From Anaeromyces robustus (Eukaryota), in assembly GCA_002104895.1 (NCBI GenBank), contig MCFG01000277.1, positions 1 through 64,000 of the forward strand: a DNA stretch of 64,000 nt. Reading direction: 5' to 3'. Position 1 is the stretch's first letter. Each line of letters opens with the position of its first letter. A program made the translations under genes and the position numbers. Positions 51,003 to 64,000 of this stretch are shown here, in pieces. A model generated the notes under the pieces. That model was not told the DNA's origin. It ran no database searches and worked only from the letters and a program-made list of their open reading frames with translations.

Positions 51003-51816
51003 ATGTTTTTATTGTTTTTATTTTAAAAAAAATTTTTTTCGTTATTACATGGATATGGATGATACATAAATTTTTATTTAATATGCAGTATCTTATATTT
51101 TTTTTTTTCATAAAAAAATTGTAATACATTTTTATAATTATATTTAGTGAATTATATTTTTTTTAAAAAACATCAAAACTATTAATTTCAATTTTATTTT
51201 TATTAACGATCTTGATATTTAAATAAAAACTTATTTAATTATTATTATTATTATTATTATTATTATAATATTATTAATTACATAGGAATTTTTTATGATT
51301 ACAGAATTATGGTAATCAAAAAATAAATAAACAAAATCTTATTTATTTGATTTATTATAATAATAAATTAAACTTTTTTATATTTTTAATAACTATAAAA
51401 TACATAAATGATTTATGGCATTATATTTATTAATAAAGTTTAAAAGATATGTTTTTGAAGTTTATGATTATATTATTACATTATTACATTATTTTATATA
51501 TTATTTTTTTTTTCAAAAAATATTCATATTACTTTAATTTACTTTATATTTCTTTTTTTTTTTTTTTTTTTTTTCAATTATTGTGTAATATTTTATAATT
51601 TTATTTCAAAGGAAAAATAAAAATTGTATAGAAAGAATAAAAAAAAAATTTTTTTTTCTATGATTTATATTGAATATTAAAATATTGTATAAATAATTAC
51701 ATTTTATTTTTCCTCGATAATTATATATCCCATTTTTATAAGTCTTAATATATTTTAATAGTATATTTTATTTTAATTGTGATACACATTTTTTTTAGCC
51801 TGAATAGTAAAGAAAA

Positions 51817-54237
51817 ATGATTTCTATTAATAATGATGAAATGGATTATAATGCACAATATTTAAAATTGTGTAAAAAATATGAAATGAATCCATTAAAT
51901 ATGAATTTATTATTAGATCAAAAACATGATAATAATAGCCATGAATTGTCTATTAAATGGACAATATCAAGTTATTCTAAAAAGTTATCATCTCAAGAAA
52001 AAATTGATTATATGAAAAAGGTTACAAATAATACTTATTATTTTTTTTAAATTTTAAATAATGTTTATTATAATTAAATATATTTTTCTTTTTATAATTC
52101 ATTTTCTTTTATATATTTGGTTTCTTATAATTGCTTTTTTATTTTTATAATCATAAATAGAAAATAAAAATTTTATCCGATTTAATAAAAAATTCTAAAA
52201 ATCTCGATAAATTATCACTTTCTCAATGTTATTTTGCTTTTAGTTCAAGAGGATTCTCAAAAATTTCAAAAATATTATCTACAAATACTACTATTAAAGA
52301 ATTATATTTAAAAAATAATCATATAAAGTAATGAAATAATTAAATAAAAAAAATATATTAATTATATATAAAATAATTTTTTAATTTAAATTACTTTTTA
52401 ATTTGTTTAACTCGTTAATTTTTAATAATTTAGAAAAGAAAATATTGATGATATAATAAACATTATTAATTCAAATAAAACTATTATAAAGTAATTTTCA
52501 TTATAAATTTAATTTATATTTAAGGAAATATATTGTATAAATATATTATATTAAAAAAATTAATATTGAATAATTTTTATTATTGATCTTCTTTCATAAA
52601 AGATTAAACTTAGAGGAAAATTTATTGGGTTCAGATATTGAAAATATGAAAAAAATTTGTGATGCTTTATCAAAAAATAAAGTATTAAAAGAAATTGTAT
52701 TAAATCATAATCAAATAACATCTGAGGGTGGTATAGAATTCATAAAATTTTTGAAAAGAAATAATACTATTAAAAGAATTGGTATATATTCAAATTTGGG
52801 GAATTTATTATTTTTAATTATGATTAAAAAAGCAATTATTATTAATTGATATTTTTCATTATTTTTAAAATAATATATATATTATATTTTTTTTAAAGAT
52901 TTAAAATACAATAAATTCGGAAATTCTTTTGGAAAATATATTTTAAAATTATTACCTCATGTATCTTTGATAGAATTAGACTTATTCGGAAATGATATTG
53001 AATCAAGTCTATCAAAAAAAATTGGTATATATATATATAGAATTAGATTTTAAATCATAAAAAGAAATAATAATAACTAATGATATTTAAAATATTAATA
53101 TAGACCAAAAATTATTAAATATATCCGAAAATAAAAGAAGGAGTGTAGAAAGTTCTAAAAGTTTAAAAAGAAAAGAAAATAAGAAAAAAAATATTACTTC
53201 AAATAATATTAATCATAATTCATTTATATCATATGTTGATGACAATAAATACTATTCAGACAAAAAAACAAATCCAAATGATACTCCATCTTCGAATGAT
53301 TCATATAATTTTGATTTCAATTTAGATTTAACTACTGATTTGGATTCAAATTTTGAGTTAAAAGTTAATAGTATTAAAAATGAATATGAAAAATATAAGG
53401 ATTTTGATAGTGAGGAAGATGATAATTTTAATAATAATAATAACAATAGAATGGCAAAAGAAAGAAAGAATAATAAAGATAAAATAAAAGATGATAATAA
53501 TATTAAAATTAATTTTGATAAAACTGATTCAATTGATGATTTTATAAGATATTTATCATCACAAGAAAACATTTCAATTGATGAATTGCTTTCAATAAAT
53601 GTTAATACTAATAATGAAAACTATGAAAATAAAAATAAATATAATAATGATCATATAGACCAAAATATAAACGATAATTACTTATTTTCCGATATATCAA
53701 GTAAATATAATAGTTAAAATATTTATTTTATTAATTAGATATAATAATTATTAATATCAATAAATACTATTTCTATTTTTTTAATAATTATTCAGTTAAT
53801 AATTTAGATTTTGGCGATAAAAATAAAAATAATTTATTAAATAATAATTTCAATTCATATGGAAATAATTATCAATTTAATGAAAATCAAGAATATAAAT
53901 TATATAATAGAAAAAATTTAATTTTTGATAATCTAAAAGATATGGAGTTTAACAATTATAGTAGTGACAATAATGATAGTATGTTATATATAGAAAATAA
54001 TCATAATTACCCTTTATATACTTAATTCTTATCTTTTTTATAATTTATTCTATATTTTAGATATTCAAAATATTGAAATAACCTATAATAATAGTAAAAA
54101 TAGCAATAACAATAAAATATTTAATAACAAAAATATTAATTACAATGACAGTAATAATAATAATAATAATATTAAAAATAATATTAAAAATAATAATAAT
54201 AATAATAATAATAATAATCATAATAATAATAATAATC

Positions 54238-54270
<33 letters not shown>

Positions 54271-55259
54271 GTAATAACAATAATAGTAGTAGTAATGGAA
54301 GCGAAAATAATAATATTAATATAAATAGTAATATTAATAGTAAAAATGGTTTTCCTGAAAATGTTGATAATCAAAGTAATGTCTTTAGTGAATCGAAATC
54401 TAATTCTACAAGTGATAGTGATATTAAACCAATTGATAATAACATATATATAAAATCAACTTTTGAAAATAGAAATGATAATGTAAAAGAAAATGAAGAA
54501 GAGTCAGATTCTAGTTCTATAAATAGTGAAAATTTTGTTCCCAATAAAATTCTTTCACCTGAATTAATATCTCAAATAACTCAAATAATAAAAGAAAATG
54601 AATACTTGAAATCAAGAATAAAATTCCATGAAGAAAATGTAAGTATTATAATTATTAATTAATTAATAATTATAATATCAATATATTCAATTTTATTAAT
54701 TTTTAAAAAATAATTATTAATTATATAAAGAATTATCTTAGTCCAGAAGATATTGTATTAATAAATAAAGAACATGAAAATAATAAAAAAATTATTGAAA
54801 ATTTAAAGCAAAAATTAATAGTAATCTCAAAAGAAAATGAAAAAATGAATGAAGAAGTTGAAAATATGCGAAGCAAAGAAAATTCAATTATTAAACAATT
54901 TGAAGGTTTATATTATTAAAATAATTAATTATTATTGTTATTTTTTTATTAATATATTTATTATTTAAATACATAATTTTTTAGATAAACTGTATGATTT
55001 AGATATGATGTATAACAAAAAATTGGAAGATCATGAATATACTTTACAAAGTAAATATTGCAGTAATTTTGAAAAATGTGTAAATAAAATATCTGAATTG
55101 GAAAAAGAAAAGATATTACTTTGCAAGGTAGATAAATAAATAAATAAATTAATAAATAAATAAATAAATAAATTAAATAAATAAATAAATAAATAATAAA
55201 TAATAAACAAACAAACAAACAAACAAACAAACAAACAAACAAACAAACAAACAAACAAA

Positions 55260-55326
<67 letters not shown>

Positions 55327-56184
55327 ATATATATATATATAAATATATAAATATATAAATATATAAATATATAAATATATAAATATATAAATATATAAAT
55401 ATATAAGTATATAATATATTCTATTATGATAATAAATTAATATTTTTTTTTTAATATTATATAAATTGTTTTAGACTCTTAAGATAATGGAAAACAAACT
55501 GAATAGTTATAAAGTAAAATCAGAAAATGAAAAAGCTTGCCTTAAAAAACAAATGAAAAATAATATTGTAAGTTTTATTATATTAATATATATTTATTTT
55601 ATAGTATATATTTTTATGAAGATTAATAAAAAATTTTTTTAAAATATTAGGAAAATAAAATTAAATTAATTTTAATGAAAGTAAGTGAATATCAAAAACA
55701 AAAAAATAATTATGAAAAAAGGTTAGAAATTCTCAAAAAACAACAGAGTCAAGAACTTGCTTTACATGAAAATAAATCATTGGAAAAAGATAAAACAATT
55801 GAGAAATTAGATAATGAATTAAACAGTAAAAAAAAAAAATTAGAATGTTTAAATGAAAAAATGATGGCCATGATGAATGAAATTAATAGTTTTAAAGTCA
55901 AATTTAAAAATGCCGAATATGATATGAAAGTTGAACTTGAAAAAGTTAAAGATGATTTCCGTGCAAGAGAAATAAAGTATCAAAATGAGATATCAATACT
56001 AAGTGATAATATTAATCAAAATCAAGATGTTATCATTAAATTAAAAACTGATATTAAGAGGAAAGATGAAAATATTAAAAGTTTATATGAAAAAGAAGCA
56101 TCACGAATGAAAGAATTAGAAAATTCCATTTGTAATTGCATTCATGAAAATACAAAAGACTTGATATCATTATATCAGAAATAA
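51817..56184 (+). CDS. RNI-like leucine-rich-repeat plus C-terminal coiled-coil protein, LRRC45-like (multi-exon; internal boundaries approximate)
   Basis: LRR exons (LSLSQC; TIKELYLKNN; LNLEENLLG..ICDALSKNKVLKEIVLNHNQITSEGG; DLKYNKFG; ELDLFGNDI), an Asn-rich middle, and a long coiled coil ending EKEASRMKELENSI, reminiscent of the LRRC45 C-terminus. Orthology is inferred. Confidence 0.65.
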
Positions 56185-56761
56185 AAATTAAAATAATATT
56201 TTAAAAAATTTTTTGAGTGTAGTAATTTTTATACGTTATTATATTATATAATTTTTTGTAATTTTATGCAATTTTTTATATATATATTTTTATATGATTT
56301 GTTTAGATACATTTTAGAATATATTGTAATAAATGTAATATACCCAATATTAATACATAATTTAAATATTTGTATAAATGAAATTGTAATATTGTTTTGA
56401 ACCTGTAATATAATAAAAAACTATATTTTTATTAATGAATAAAAGCTTGTAATTCAAAATATATTTATTAATAAAAAGATTTTAAATCATAATATTTGAT
56501 AATTTTTTTTTCATTTTAGGTTTTTAAAAAAATTATAGTTAATTTTTTAAATAACACAAGAAAATGAATTGTTAAATAAAATTATATATTTATTAGTAGT
56601 ATTAATACTATTTTTATTTAAAGGATAATAATATTATAAAAATAAAAATTTGTAAAACATACATTTTAAATATTATACATAAAGTAGTATTTAATTTTTT
56701 TTTATTTTAACTTTTTTTTATTAATTAAATATTAAAATAAAGAAAAGGGTTTCTTTTACAA

Positions 56762-59518
<2,757 letters not shown>

Positions 59519-59777
59519 ATTTCATATTAATTTATATTTATAATAATGCAAAATTTTACTATTTCATTTTTTTAGTTGTAATAAATATATTAATGTATTA
59601 TATAGATTAAAACTTTAATAATAGTTGAATATTTTTTTTGTTTTTTTATGATTATTTTTTCACTTTCGATAATTGAAATAAAAAGGTTAAAAAATATAAA
59701 ATAATTTTTAATTGATGTGTTTGTCAAATATATTATAACATAAAATATAAATAATTTGTATTATTTAATAGAAACAT

Positions 59778-60407
<630 letters not shown>

Positions 60408-60630
60408 GTAATACAACAATTTCAACAAGTAATAATATATTTTATATATTTTTTTAAAAAAATTTGGAAATTTACTTTTTAAAGTTATGTTTTTAAATTA
60501 ATATTTTATTAAAAATTTAATAAAAAAAATTTAATAAATATTATATTTTTTCCAAATAATTTGAAAAAACAAATTTTTAAAATAATAATTGTATATTATA
60601 TGATAATAACAAAATTTATTAATATTAAAT

Positions 60631-64000
<3,370 letters not shown>

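Overview
An extremely AT-rich, intron-containing eukaryotic genomic window with GT-AG introns and many poly-A/T and (AAT)n tracts. It is most consistent with an anaerobic gut fungus (Neocallimastigomycota). That assignment is inferred from base composition, bacterial-type solute-binding-protein/7TM fusions and flagellar genes. Exons were spliced by hand. In order: (1) three tandem type-I membrane proteins with signal peptide, expansin/loosenin-like double-psi beta-barrel (DPBB), an unrecognised conserved module, Thr/Ser stalk, Gly-rich TM helix and conserved basic tail; (2) two tandem solute-binding-domain/7TM receptor genes, one intact and one 5'-truncated and frameshifted; (3) an intronless orphan with an IQ-like motif; (4) a divergent pair of secreted RNase T2 and secreted histidine phosphatase; (5) telomeric Rap1 (BRCT-Myb-RCT); (6) a non-coding GC-enriched island that folds into a long hairpin with a kink-turn, a candidate ncRNA; (7) LCMT1/PPM1; (8) three co-oriented basal-body/axoneme genes (LRRC45-like, EFHC/Rib72, partial CFAP74-like). 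Most short ORFs in the supplied track are microsatellite artefacts. The best leads are the membrane-anchored DPBB family next to the sugar-binding receptors and the K-turn RNA element downstream of Rap1.
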